A program made the position numbers and the translations under genes. The notes beneath the pieces are model-generated. The model had not been told where the DNA came from and made no database searches. It saw nothing but the letters and a program-made list of their open reading frames with translations. Below are positions 39,858 to 53,244 of a stretch of DNA of 64,000 bases, in pieces. How positions within the stretch are numbered: the stretch's first letter is position 1; every line of letters starts with the position of its first letter. The stretch is from Octopus vulgaris (taxonomy: Eukaryota): positions 13,640,001-13,704,000 of the forward strand of contig OX597820.1 of NCBI GenBank assembly GCA_951406725.2. The letters run 5' to 3'.

Positions 39858-40667
39858 TTTCTTTTGCTGAGCTGCTAAATTCCAGAAACGAAAAGACACC
39901 AACATCAATTGTTAAGCAGTGGGGTTGGGTGGAGTGGGGTGAAGAGACAAACTCAAACACACACACATATACATACATATCTATGTGGTGATTAGTTGGT
40001 TAATCATCAAGTCAATGTTCACTTGTTTATTTGGTAGCTTGATGAGTTGGGAGTTACTTAACATATTATGCAATCTAACCAATTGTATTATGTTTATGTC
40101 ACAATAAAGATTCCCAGTGAAACAATTGTAGCAATACCAGATAATCCATTTGCCTGTTTCTATTATATATATGATCATCATCATTTAAAGTCCATTATCC
40201 ATGCTGGCATGGGTTGGACGGTGTGACTGGAGCTGGTGTATCCTCCAGACTCCTGTCTATTTTGGCATGGTTTCTATGGATGGATGCCCTTCCTTACACC
40301 AACCACTTTACAGATTGTACTGGATGCTTTTACAGGGGTTTTTATGTGACTTCGTATGGGTGCTTTTACATGTCACTACAAAGGTACTTTTATGTGTCAC
40401 TGCACAGGCACTAGAGTGGACTTCTTTCAGTTTTTGTCTAGCAAATTCATTTATAGGGCTTCAGTTGGCTGGGGGCTATAGTAGAAGACATATTCCCAAA
40501 ATACCATGCTACAAGACTGAACCAAATGCAACATTGTTGGAAAAGAAGATTCTTGATCATACAACCATACCTGCGCCAATATAAAAGAAATATGGCTATT
40601 CAAAGAAGCTAAGATCCAACACCTAATGCTAATTGGAACTTAAAATGGGATTACATTAATAGAATTA

Positions 40668-40975
40668 TTGGAGGTAAAGGACTTAGTGGTTAGAGCAGCA
40701 GGCTTGTGGTCGAAGGTTCACGGGTTCGAATCTCAGACCAGGCAATGTGTGCGTTTATGAGTAAAACACCTAAGCTCCACATGGTTCCTGCAAAGGGTAA
40801 TGGCAAACTTCTGCTGACTCTTTCACCACAACTTTCTCTCCCTCTTTCCTCCTGCATCTAGCAGCTCACCTGCAACGACCGGCATCCCATCAAGGTGGGG
40901 AACCTTTACTCTAATGAAACCAGGAAACCGGCCCTTATGAGCCAGGGATGGCTCAAGAAGGAACAAACAACAATA
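40668..40975 (+). mobile_element. SINE family C-related (tail type 3)
   Basis: TAGTGGTTAG A-box, GGTTCGAATCTC B-box, AAAACACCTAAGCTCCAC, CACAACTTTCTCTC, then a distinct tail ending GAAGGAACAAACAAC. Confidence 0.75.
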
Positions 40976-41364
40976 CTTATAGAATTAGATCCATCATCTC
41001 ATCATATAACAACATGTGGACTGCCCTTAAAATAGAAATTACCAAAAGAGATTTTGGTGGGGGTCAATATGATAACTAAAACCTTTCAAGGCAGTGCCCC
41101 AGCATGGCCGTAGTCCAACAACTGAAGCCTGTCAATGCATGCAAACGGTGACATGAAAATCATGTATTTCTCTTCAGTACAGGGGGAAAACCTGTTCACA
41201 CCTTGCACTGCAAATCAAGAGATGATGCGGGGACATCAATGAAACTGGAGAGGTCAATGTCAGTATGACATGTGTGGGAATTATTATGGAAAGTGAAGCA
41301 TCCTTTCATGAGCTATATTGCATAAACAGGCAGAAACATATTGACCTTGTTGACAGGAGAAATG

Positions 41365-41850
41365 GAGAGGATGGGGAAGGGGAGGACGAGGGTGGAGGTG
41401 GGGATGAAAGGAAAGGGGTGAGAAGAAAGAAAGAAGGACAAAGGAGTAAAAAAAAGAAAAAGAAGAGAGGATAGAGAAGGAGAGGATGAGGGTGGAGATG
41501 AAGGGTAGGGGGGATGAGGAGAAAGAATGAAGGACAAAAGAGAAAATAGAGAAGAGGGAGGCAAAGAAGAAGAGGAGGAAAAGAAGAAGAATTGGAAGAA
41601 GAAAGAAAAGAAGACGACAAGAAGTGACAGAAGACAAAGGAGGAGGAGGGGGAGGGTGATAGGGGAGAGGAGGGTGATAGGGGAGGGAGGGGAGAGGGAG
41701 GAGGAGGCGGCTGCGGCAAAAATGCAAGAAAACAACCTGAAGAAAAGACTAAGAACAGCAACCTGAAGAACAACAACAAGAACAAGAACAAGAACAACAA
41801 CAACAACAACAACAATAACAGCAGCAGCAGCAGCAGCACCGGCAGCAGCA
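41365..41850. repeat. Purine-rich GAG/GAA low-complexity tract with (CAA)/(CAG) repeats
   Basis: Seen directly. Confidence 0.9.
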
Positions 41851-42235
41851 AGCTGTACTTGCAGTGCAGTTATTTAAGTATGGGCCTGGATTACCGTACA
41901 TTTAAGCTACGAGTGTATGTTATTATTTCAGACTTAGATAAATAATATTCATTAGTTTCTTTTTGAAGTTCATAATGGCCGGGAGATTCGCTGATTGCTA
42001 ATAGCTGTGCATTCCATAAATGTTTTGGACGGTAATGTTCAATACTGTCTGCTACTAAGTAAATCTTGAAGCGGTTCCAACGAAAAGATTGAAAGAGATC
42101 AATCAAGAATTACATTAATACTTTTCTATGTAAGAACAAGAATTTTGGAATTATGAAATTAACTTTGGAGATTTTTAACGTAAACGAGAGGAACCGGTGG
42201 AAAATTTGCAATGTCATAATAAATAAAGTTTTCTT

Positions 42236-42404
42236 ACATTATTTACATTATTTACGTTATTTACTTTATTTACATTTGAAGGATATTTGTCCTCATCTTG
42301 TTTGTTGTTAACACATTTCAGCTGATATACTCTCCAGCCTTCATCAGGTGTCTTGGAGAAATCTCAAACTTGGGTTATCATTCCTAAGGTATTTTTTGAT
42401 GTTG

Positions 42405-42435
<31 letters not shown>

Positions 42436-42535
42436 CATTATTATTATTATTATTATTCAGGTCACAGGCATATGGCGTAGTGGTTAAGAGCATGGGCTAC
42501 TAACCCAAGATTCCGAGTTTGATTTCAGGCAGTGA

Positions 42536-42600
<65 letters not shown>

Positions 42601-42741
42601 TTGAAAAATATCTTAGGAATGAGAACACTGGTTCGAAATTTCGCCCAAGACACCTGATGGAGGCTGGAAGGTATATCAGCCAAAATGTTGTGTTAACAAC
42701 AAACAAGATGAGGACAAATATCCGTCAAATGTAAATAATGT
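42236..42741. mobile_element. Head-to-head pair of tRNA-head/(AAT)n/hammerhead elements, copy 2
   Basis: Plus unit complete from 42467 (GGCATATGGCGTAGTGGTTAAGAGC...GAGTTTGATTTC...(AAT)n...CACCTGATGG...); minus unit 42236-42465 truncated within the head. Confidence 0.8.
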
Positions 42742-42789
42742 TATATGAGTGTAGTTTCAATGTTAGAGGTGTTACAATTACCCAGAGGT

Positions 42790-43140
42790 AGTCGTGGTCG
42801 ATCCCAGTGCCGTCTGATTGGCACCCGTGCCACCAGCACATAAAAAGCACTGCTTGAGCATTGGGTCTCACGGAGGCAGTGACAGGTTATTGAGACCTTT
42901 GGCGATATACCATGCTTGTGTAGACCTGTCAAACCAAGGGAAATCATTGTCACAGCCAATGCTGGTGTCAAGTGAATGGCACGTAAAAGCACCCACTACA
43001 CTTTTGGAGTGGTTGGTGTTAGGAAGGGCATCCAGCCGTAGAAACCTTGCCAAATCAGACTGGAACTTGGTGCAGCTCCCTGGCTTACCAATCTTCGGTC
43101 AAACCATCCAACCCATGTCAGCATGGGAAATAGACGTTAA

Positions 43141-43171
<31 letters not shown>

Positions 43172-43172
43172 C
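42790..43172 (+). mobile_element. 5'-truncated RTE 3' UTR copy
   Basis: Conserved tail and (GAT)n. Confidence 0.8.
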
Positions 43173-43257
43173 CTAATAATTCTGATTAGACCCGCTTTGA
43201 GAAAACCAAATATACTGCTGATAATAGGGATTTTTAAAAATCCTAAACATAACAAGC

Positions 43258-43434
43258 CCAGGAGTCACTACGTGGTAAGTAGCTTGCTTACCAACCACAT
43301 GGTTCCGGGTTCAGTCCCGCTGCATGGCACCTTGGGCAAGTGTCTTCTCCTATAGCCTCGGGCCGATCAAAAGCTTTGTGAGTGGATTTGGTAGATGGAA
43401 ACTGAAAGAAGCCCATCATGTATGTATGTATATA

Positions 43435-43491
<57 letters not shown>

Positions 43492-43640
43492 GAATGTATG
43501 TATATATAACGCCACGTAACTTAGCGGTTTGGCAAAAGAGACTGATAAAATAAATACTAAATCCTGAGGTCAATTTGCTCGACTAAAGGCGGTGCTCCAG
43601 GATGGCCACAGTCAAACAACTGAAACAAATAAAAGAATAT
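43258..43640 (+). mobile_element. SINE family B
   Basis: Same structure as 4541-4947. Confidence 0.85.
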
Positions 43641-44206
43641 AACTACAGACCCTTATTGCATGGATGCAACTTTGTGCAAGCCATACATTTCAGAAGTCGA
43701 TAAGTATCAAACCGGATGCCATGTTGGATATTGTAAAGTTGTTGACCTTACAAACGATGAAAGCTGATTGGCTAATCTCTAATGTTATGGATTACCTTTT
43801 ATGGAAATGGAGCCTGATGTGAAAAAAAGGAATGTTAGGCTCAACACTGCTTTTGACCTCCGACCTTGCCATCCAATTACCGTGTGGGTGTTGTTTGTTC
43901 AGATGAACATTACAACACCAGAGATCAGATATGAATTGCCTTTCAGCTTAGATAATGTTAACCTTCTCCATAATACTCAACATTGTGTTCTGATTTTAAA
44001 GATTATCGGATCTCTGCAACCTTATCAACTTGGCCATCTTTCATACATATATATACATATATATAATATATACATATGCTTTTATGTAAGCATGTTCGAT
44101 ATTCCTGTATTTTATATGCTGGAAATAAATCTAGATCAGTGCTCTGTAACCGGTATGCTGTGGCACACTGGTGTGGCACGAGATGGTGCTAAGTGTGCCA
44201 CAGTGT

Positions 44207-44620
44207 ATCATCATCATCATAGTCGTTTAATGTCTGCTTTCCATGCTGGCATGGGTTGGACGTTTTGACTGAGACCTAGCAAGCCAATCAGATCTGGCAA
44301 TGTTTCTACAGTTGGATGCCCTTCCTAATGCCAACAACTCTAAGAGTGTAGTGGGTGCGTTTTACATGTGCCTTTTACGTGCCACCAGCAGAGGTGCCAG
44401 CCAGGTGGCACTGGTATCGGCCACATTTGAATGGTGCTTTTTACGTGCCACCAGTATGGGTGCCAGTCAGGCGGCACTGACATCAGCACAGTTGCCAGTC
44501 AGGCAGCACTGGCACCGGCCACGTTTGAATGGTGCTTTTTACATGCCACCAGCATGGGTGCCAGTCAGGTGGCCCTGGCATCGGCCACTGGGTGCCAATC
44601 AGGCGGCACTAGTGGCATAA
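44207..44620 (-). mobile_element. RTE 3' UTR copy with expanded internal modules
   Basis: (CAT)n start; repeated TTTGAATGGTGCTTTTTAC(G/A)TGCCACCAG modules. Confidence 0.8.
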
Positions 44621-47056
44621 GTACCAGTCAATGCAACCACGTCATTGCCAGTATTGAAGCTATGGGATAATACAGGATTAATTCATAGCAATGTGAATGG
44701 ATAAGCAATAAACTGGACAAGCAAATCTGAATGCTGAAGGATTAAGCAATACCAATGGATTAAAGATCTTTAAAACTATGATCCGATTCTTTCACAGACA
44801 ATTTACAACACAGAAAAATGGAGTCATATATTTTCATTGATTCTAAGCTTGAACCATTGTAGACATTCTTGGTCTTTTATTTGTTTTAGTCATGAGACTG
44901 TGGCCATGCTGGGGCACCACCTTGAAGCATTTTAATCAAATGGCTCAACCTCAGTGCTCATATTTTAAAGCCTAGTTACTTATTCTATCAGTCTCTTTTG
45001 CTGAGGACATAAACAAACAAACACCAGTTGTCAGGTGGTGGTATGACACACACATTCACACACACACACACACACAATGGGCTTCTTTCGGTTTCTGTCT
45101 ACCAGATTTGTTGCAAGGCTTTGGCCAGCTTGAGGCTATTGTAGAAGACACTTGCCTAAGGGGGCACCTTGGACAACTGGTAGTGAGGGGGAGCTTAAGT
45201 CAATTACATTGACCCCTTTAGTCTATTGGTGCTTTTTTTATTGACCCTACAAGAATGAAAGACAAAGTCAACCCCTGTGGCATTTGGACTCAGAACATAA
45301 AATCCAAAGAACTGAAACTAAACATTTTACCTGCTGTGGAAACGATTCTGCCAGATTGTCCCTTTATAAATATCAATTTGAGTTTAAAAACAGCAATAAG
45401 CCCCTTAAGGGTATATAAGCCTTGTATCTGTCATATCTCTTACTCCTTGCTACCTCAAATTGATGCCTATAATGGCTGTGTGGTTCCAGGTTCAATCCCA
45501 TTGTGTGCCAGCTTGGCCAAGTGTCTTCTACTATAGTTCCACACTGACTAAAGCCTCGTGGGTGAATTTGATGGAAACTGTGTGGAAGCCTGTCATATGT
45601 TGGACCACTGAAATCTACAAGCTGTCTTCATTCTTCCTCTGTTTATTTTCTGTTATTCTCTTCTGCTGAAGAGCATAGGTTCGAAACTGAACTTGGAGAC
45701 GTGCTTAGGAAGCAAACTTCTTATCACATAGCCACGTAGCTATTCCTGAACCTTGAAGTAATTGCTAATTATCTTTACATAATGAAAAAAAAAAATATGA
45801 AGAATCTGCCAAACTCCACACTTATCGTAATGGAACATGGAGTGTACTGTGTCTTTATCAAAGGAACTCGACACTCGTGAAGTTCTTTCCAAAGAGTTTT
45901 TAAGAACTGTTGAAAGTGTGAAAAAGCTTCATTGATTTTAATCGACATCAAAACTTTGACAGGAATAACTTCTTGCCCCCACCCTCATCCCCTCCCACTG
46001 CCACCTCCACCACCACTGCCTCCATCATCATCATCGTAATTATTTATTTTCTGTTTCAAGTCAAACTTTCATTGGGCATTTAGTTCATGGACACCAAGCA
46101 TGAGCTGCCTTTTGGTTCATCATCAAGTCACACCACTAAAAAATTTCATGGTAATGTTTTTGCTAAGCATGCCATTTGGAAGGCCCATGGACAGCAGTTT
46201 GCCTGAAACCGAATTATATCTTGAATAATGACTTAGAAGTCAAGTGAATTCATAAGATGAAAACCTTCCCATTTGATTCTTTAAAGTTTGGTATTAAATC
46301 TTGGTTTCACTTTTCCAAAAGCCTTGCATTGTTCATTTCTTTATTTCATCCCAAGAGGCTCCAGTATTACTGATAACATTCCAGATGTTGAAGGCAGCGA
46401 GCTGGCAGAAACGTTAGCACGCCAGCAATATTTTGTCTGTCTTAATGTTCTGCGTTCAAATTCCACCAAGGTCAACTCTGACTTTCATCTTTTTGGGGTC
46501 GATAAATTAAGACACCTTTTTTCCCATTGCTCAGTCCACTCAGCTGGCATGTAAAAAGTACCATTCGAACTTGGTTGATGCCAGTGCTGCCTGACTGGCC
46601 CCCTGTGCTGGTGGCATGCAAAAAACACCATTCGAATATGGTCGATGCTAGTGGCACCTCATTGGCCCCCATGCTGATGGCACATAAAAAGGAGAGGCAC
46701 AAAATACATACAACACTTGTATTTCTCTGATTCTATTTTAAACTGGACTAATACCATTTCATCAAAATCCATTATTTCTAACAAAGTTGAAAGATTTCTA
46801 TGGAGAAAGCACTTCAAGACTTTAACAGATTCTAACTGAAAATACACTTGATTCACTCGGGTCCAAAGTTTGGCTTCTTAAAAACTAGGTTTGACTAGTT
46901 TCTGAACAGTTGATAATATCCAACATTATCCATTTCTAACTTTGTTACCATATTCCTGTACACTATCTTTGGTTCAATCAACTTTGAAAATAATGAAGAA
47001 TTTGGTAAAACTACCTTTGTCATTATCAAGGTGTTATTTGGAACACCTTGATAATA

Positions 47057-47204
47057 GGTGTAGGAGTGACTGTGTGGTAAGTAGTTTGCTTACCAACCAC
47101 ATGGTTCTGGGTTCAGTCCCACTGCATGGCACCTTGGACAAGTGTCTTCTACTATAGCCTTGTGAGTGGATTTGGTAGACGGAAACTGAAAGAAGCCCGT
47201 CATA

Positions 47205-47253
<49 letters not shown>
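47057..47253 (+). mobile_element. SINE family B, 5' half (interrupted by the RTE LINE)
   Basis: Head and CORE-like block up to GAAAGAAGCCCGTC and (TA)n; the 3' half resumes at about 50706. Confidence 0.9.
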
Positions 47254-47257
<4 letters not shown>

Positions 47258-50090
47258 GTATACTTATCGCTGAGAAATGGGTAGATAAAGTAATTGAGGT
47301 AATCAGAGTAAGTGACAGAATACTTAAGATTAGATTAGTGCTTCATCATAGTTTAGCAACCATTATATCAGCCTATGCTCCTCAGTCGGGGCTACCCGAT
47401 GGACAGAAAGACCGATTCTATGACACTCTACTGCAGACTACCTCATTGACGAACGACAGAGACCTTATCTTTGTGGCTGGTGACTTCAATGGTCACGTTG
47501 GACGACATGCTGGGGGCTTCCATGGCGTACATGGAGGCTATGGCTATGGCTCCCGCAACGAGGAGGGAACCAGGCTGCTGGAGTTCTGCGATGCAAATAA
47601 TCTTATGATTTGCAACACTAACTTCAGGAAACCTACCAGCCACCTAGTCACTTACCAATCGGGCCAACATACCAGCCAAATTGACTACATCCTTACAAGG
47701 CAAAGGGAGAGATGGCTGCTTATAAATGCCAAAACCTTCCCAGGTGAAGAATGTACCCCACAACATAGACTGGTAGTTAGTGACTTTAGGATCAGGACTA
47801 GGAGGACAACCAGAAGACGACAAATATGGAGAAGAAGGATCTGGAAGCTTAAAGATCCTGCAAATGGACAGAGATTTAGGGACATATTACTTGAAGCCTC
47901 TGACGAAGTAGAAGGGGATAGAGCATCACAGGGGGTAGAAGACAGCTGGACGTTTCTAAGGGACAACCTGCTGAGAGCCACTGACCAGATCTGTGGCTGG
48001 TGCAAAGTCCCCTCTCGACCTAGAATAACGTGGTGGTGGAACAACATTGTAGACAGGGCTATTAGAGAAAAGAGACAGGCTTGGAAGGTCTGGAAAAATG
48101 GGGGTAGCAGGGAATTGTATCAGACTGCCAAAAGAGAAGCTAGGAGACAGGTTTATTTAGCCAGAGGGGAAGCAGATAAGAAAAATTTGCCAATGTTCTG
48201 CGCCGTGAGGACCAAAAACTGGAGGTGTTTCGTGTTGCAAGACAGTGTGTGAGAGAGAATCGTGATGTGGTAGGAGAGAAGTGTGTTCGCATGGAAGATG
48301 GTTCACTTGCGCTAAATGAGGATGCAAAGAGAGAGGTTTGGAGATGCCACTATGAAAGGTTGCTGAATGAAGAAAATGAATGGGATAAAGAGAGTCTGCC
48401 GAATGTTGACCCAACAGAGGGACCAGCTATCCGAGTTGATAGTTCTGTGGTAGCTAAGGCAATTAGAAGCATGAAGACAGGGAAAGCCCCAGGCCCATCA
48501 GGAATCACTGCAGAGATGCTCAAAATGTCTGGTAGTGTTGGCTATAGCCTAGTCACCCATATAGTTAATCAGGTGATACACAAAGGGGTCATACCCAATG
48601 ACTGGTGTAGCAGTATAATAGTCAACTGCTACAAAGGTAAAGGTGATGCCCTAGATACAAATAACTACAGAGGTATCAAGCTGTTGGACCAGGTGATGAA
48701 GGTTACAGAGAGGGTCATAGCCCAACTAATTAGAGAGAGAGTTAGTTTAGATGAGATGCAGTTTGGGTTTGTGCCAGGGAAAAGTACTACTGATGCTATA
48801 TTCCTGGTAAGGCAGCTGCAGGAGAAATACCTAGCCAAAGATAAGCCCCTGTACCTGGCTTTTGTTGACATGGAGAAAGCCTTCGACAGGGTCCCCCGAT
48901 CCCTTATCTGGTGGGCAATGAGAAAACTAGGGATAGATGAATGGTTAGTGAGAGCTGTGCGGGCCATGTATAGGGACGCCGCTAGTAGGGTGAGGGTTGG
49001 AAATGAGTACAGTGAAGAATTCCGGGTAGAGGTAGGGGTCCACCAAGGCTCAGTACTCAGCCCCCTCCTATTTATCATAGTCCTCCAGGCAATAACGGAG
49101 GAATTCAAGACAGGATGCCCTTGGGAGCTCCTCTATGCTGATGACCTTGCTCTAATTGCTGAGTCGCTATCAGAACTGGAGGAGAAGTTTCAGGTGTGGA
49201 AACAAGGATTAGAATCGAAGGGCCTTAGAGTCAATCTAGCTAAAACCAAAGTCGTAATCAGTAGGAAGGTTGACAAATCACAAACACCTTCAGGTAGATG
49301 GCCCTGCTCGATCTGTAGAAAAGGTGTAGGTAGAAACTCTATAAGATGCACCAAGTGTAAGCTATGGACACATAAGAGATGCAGCAATGTCAAAGGAAGG
49401 CTAACTAGGAAGATGGTTTTTGTATGTGGCAGATGCTCAGGAACAATAAACACTGAAAATGCTCTGAGACCAACTTCTGTCACTTTCCAGGGAGAAAAAC
49501 TAGAAATAGTTGATAGTTTCCGTTACCTAGGTGACCAAGTCAGCAGCGGGGGCGGGTGTGCTGAAAGTGTAACTGCTAGAGTAAGAATAGCTTGGGCAAA
49601 GTTCAGAGAGCTCTTACCTCTGCTGGTGACAAAAGGCCTCTCGCACAGAGTGAAAGGCAGACTGTATGATGCGTGTGTACGAACAGCCATGCTACATGGC
49701 AGTGAAACATGGGCCGTGACTGCTGAGGATATGCGTAAGCTCGCTAGAAATGAAGCCAGTATGCTCCGATGGATGTGTAATGCCAGTACTCACACTCGGC
49801 AGAGTGTAAGTACCTTGAGAGAAAAGCTGGACCTAAGAAGCATCAGTTGTGGTGTGCAAGAGAGACGTTTGCGCTGGTATGGTCATGTGGCGAGAATGGA
49901 TGAAGATAGTTGTGTGAAAAAGTGCCACGCCCTAGCGGTTGAGGGAACCTGTGGAAGAGGCAGACCCAGGAAAACCTGGGACGAGGTGGTGAAGCACGAC
50001 CTTCGAACTTTAGGTCTCACTGAGGAAATGACTAGAGACCGAGACCTCTGGAAGTGTGCTGTGCGCGAGAAGACCCGGCAGGACAAGTGA
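47254..50090 (+). pseudogene. RTE EN-RT ORF split by a single-base frameshift at about 48181-48185
   Basis: One extra A in GATAAGAAAAATTTGCC fuses the 332-aa and 621-aa ORFs (...ADKKKFANVLRREDQKLEVFRVARQ...); the N-terminal EN motifs are absent. Confidence 0.9.
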
Positions 50091-50705
50091 GTCCACAACC
50101 CGTGGCCTTCTACATGGGATGGAGCCAGCCTACGTATGCATACCTTCCCTTCTTGGGACACAAAACTCTACTTGTGAAGACGTGTTGAGGCAAGTGAGGA
50201 TCAGAATCGAAATCGATTAATGGAAATTGCGGATGTGCTACCAGTGCCGGTGGCATGTCGAAACTCTGCTTGTGAAGACCCATTGAGGCAAGTGAGGATC
50301 AGAATCGAAATCGATCAATGGAAATCGATCAATGGAAATTGCAGATGTGTTACCAGTGCCGGTGGCATGTAAGAGAACTTTCCGTTTCGCGACCGTTGCC
50401 AGCACCGCCCCGTTTCGTGTCCGTTGCCAGCCTCGCCTGGCCCTCGTGCCGGTGGCACATAAAAAGCACCATCCGTTCGTGGCCGTTTGCCAGCTCTGTC
50501 TGGCACCAGTGCGGGTGGCACGTAAAAAGCACCCACTACACTCACGGAGTGGTTGGCGTTAGGAAGGGCATCCAGCCGTAGAAACACTGCCAGATTTGAC
50601 TGGGCCTGATGAAGCCTTCTGGCTTCACAGACCCCAGCAGAACCTTCCAACCCATGCTAGCATGGAAAACGGACGCTAAATGATGATGATGATGATGATG
50701 ATGAT
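47254..50705 (+). mobile_element. RTE-clade LINE, 5'-truncated, young
   Basis: APE endonuclease (SAYAPQ, GDFNGHVG, SQIDYIL), RT (KAPGPSG, NYRGIKLL, QFGF, AFVDMEKAFD, GVHQGSVLSP, LYADD, FRYLG), RTE-type C-terminus (RLRWYGHV, RGRPRKTW), ~600-bp 3' UTR and (GAT)n tail. Confidence 0.96.
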
Positions 50706-51010
50706 ATATATATGTATGTATGTATGTGTGTGTATATATGTTTGTGTGTCTGTGTTTGTCCCTCCAACATCGCTTGACAACCGATGCTGGTGTGTTTATG
50801 TCCCTGTAACTTAGCGGTTCAGCAAAAGAGACCAATAGAATAAGTACTAGGCTTATGTCCCCGTAACTTAGCAGTTTGGCAAGAGAGACCGACAGAATAA
50901 GTACTAGGCTTACAAAGAATAAGTCCAGGGGTCGATTTGCTCGACTAAAAGTCGGTGCTCCAGCATGACCACAGTAAAATGACTGAAACAAGTAAAAGAG
51001 ATAAAAGAGA
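50706..51010 (+). mobile_element. SINE family B, 3' half
   Basis: TA/TG microsatellite, TGTTTGTCCCTCCAACATCGCTTGACAACCGATG, an internal ~56-bp duplication, and tail CTGAAACAAGTAAAAGAG. Confidence 0.9.
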
Positions 51011-51359
51011 AAGAAATTAACAAGAAATTTTGACGGAAGGTTTTAGCTTAGATCACTTCAAAACAAGAAGACTGCATCACAGAAGCAGAGGTGGGCATGA
51101 GTGGGTTGGCATCAAAAGGAATAACTCTATTGTATAACTTTTATGGAAATCTAACCTTCCTCCCATATGAACCAGCATTTTATTTTTAAATTTTGTTTAT
51201 CAGTTTTGCTGCGCAACATATAATAAAAATTTCCAAATACTAAAAATTTCTTCAAATGCTTGTTCTTCATATAATGGCACCATGCAATGAAGAACTGTCA
51301 TGGCGTCAGTTTGCTAACAAAATATAAATGAGCAGGAAATCTACAGAGACAAGATTTGG

Positions 51360-51779
<420 letters not shown>

Positions 51780-52639
51780 GTTGTTGCTGTTTTTTTTTTC
51801 TTTTACCATTTATTGATTTTCATAAATAAATCAATCTATTCCAGCCTATTTTAGGTAAAAGCTGCAATATATATAAAAAGCAATGTTTGCATAAAATATA
51901 TTATTAGTCAAGCATTTTATGACACCGTGCCCTTGAAAATTAGATGCCAATGAAGGAATAACAGCGGAATTTTCATATGTCTAATGCAGATAAAAAGCAA
52001 CGTTATACAAATGTCAGAACATTTAGGGAAAGGGGGTTGAGTGGATGATTCTGGAAAAACTGTTTCTGTGTGTGTATATATAAGTGTCTATCTATTAAAT
52101 AAATTGATCTACATACAAATCATCATCATCATCAGCAACACAATCACCACCATCTCCATTATCATCATCAACATCATCATTTAATGTCCATTTTCCATGC
52201 TGGTATGGGTTGGATGGTTTAACGAGAGCTGGCCAACTGGAGAGCTTTCTAGGCTCCGATTGTCTGCTTTGTACATGGTTACTACAGCTAGGCTTAGCAG
52301 CCCTTCCTGTTTGTTTTCACTGGTCCTGTTTGTGTTACCTATTTTGACCCTCTGCAAAATCCCAAATTTTATTTAATTTGCTTTGCGGGGGCAACTGTTT
52401 TACGAAAGCATATATTGTTAAATGCTCGAAATGTGAGAGTTGAAAAACAGCCAACAACTGATGAAGGGTCATTCTTTATGTTATTTGTTTTGTTTTCCAT
52501 TTATGTCTTTCGTTGTTCGAAAGAATAGTTCATGTTCCATGTACACGTGTTTCGTATTTTTGTTGTACATGTTTCACGATGTCCTGTGCCCATATATGTA
52601 TATATACATATAGATGTAAGTATGTACATATAAATATGT

Positions 52640-52935
52640 ATCATCATCATCGTTTAACGGCCGCTTTCCATGCTAGCATGGGTTGGACGATTTGACTGAG
52701 GGCTGGCAAACCAGATCGCTGCACCAGGCTTCAATCTTGATCTGGCAGTTTCTACAGCTGGATGCCCTTCCTAATGCCAACCACTCTGAGAGTGCAGTGG
52801 GTGCTTTTTACGTGCCACCGGCATGGGGGCCAGTCAGGCAGTACTGGCAACAACCTCGCTCAAATCTTTTACACATGCCACCGGCACAGGTGCCAGTAAG
52901 GTGATGCTGGTAACGATCACGCTCTAATGGTGTCT
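52640..52935 (-). mobile_element. 5'-truncated RTE 3' UTR copy
   Basis: CATCATCATCGTTTAACGGCCGCTTTCCATGCTAGCATGGGTTGG... Confidence 0.85.
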
Positions 52936-52995
52936 TTCGATATATGATATATATATATATATTTTTTATATTATTATATTCATAAGTATACATAC

Positions 52996-53056
<61 letters not shown>

Positions 53057-53197
53057 AGGTATATTTGCCATCTTAATATGGCTAACCACTAAGGGTGGGT
53101 GTTACTGTAGCTTGTAGCCCCAGGAGAACATTTCCTCCAGCTGGCTATAGGCACACTTTCTGTGCCCTATCAGTATTTGCATATATACATACACTTC

Positions 53198-53244
<47 letters not shown>

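Noticed and set aside
44360-44620. Repeat-spacer-like pattern resembling a CRISPR array
   Set aside because: The spacers are similar to each other, the modules belong to the RTE 3' UTR, the context is eukaryotic and there are no cas genes.
48180-48189. Possible programmed -1 frameshift at A AAT TTG
   Set aside because: The heptamer ends in G (non-canonical), RTE EN-RT is normally a single ORF, and a one-base deletion or sequencing error is simpler.
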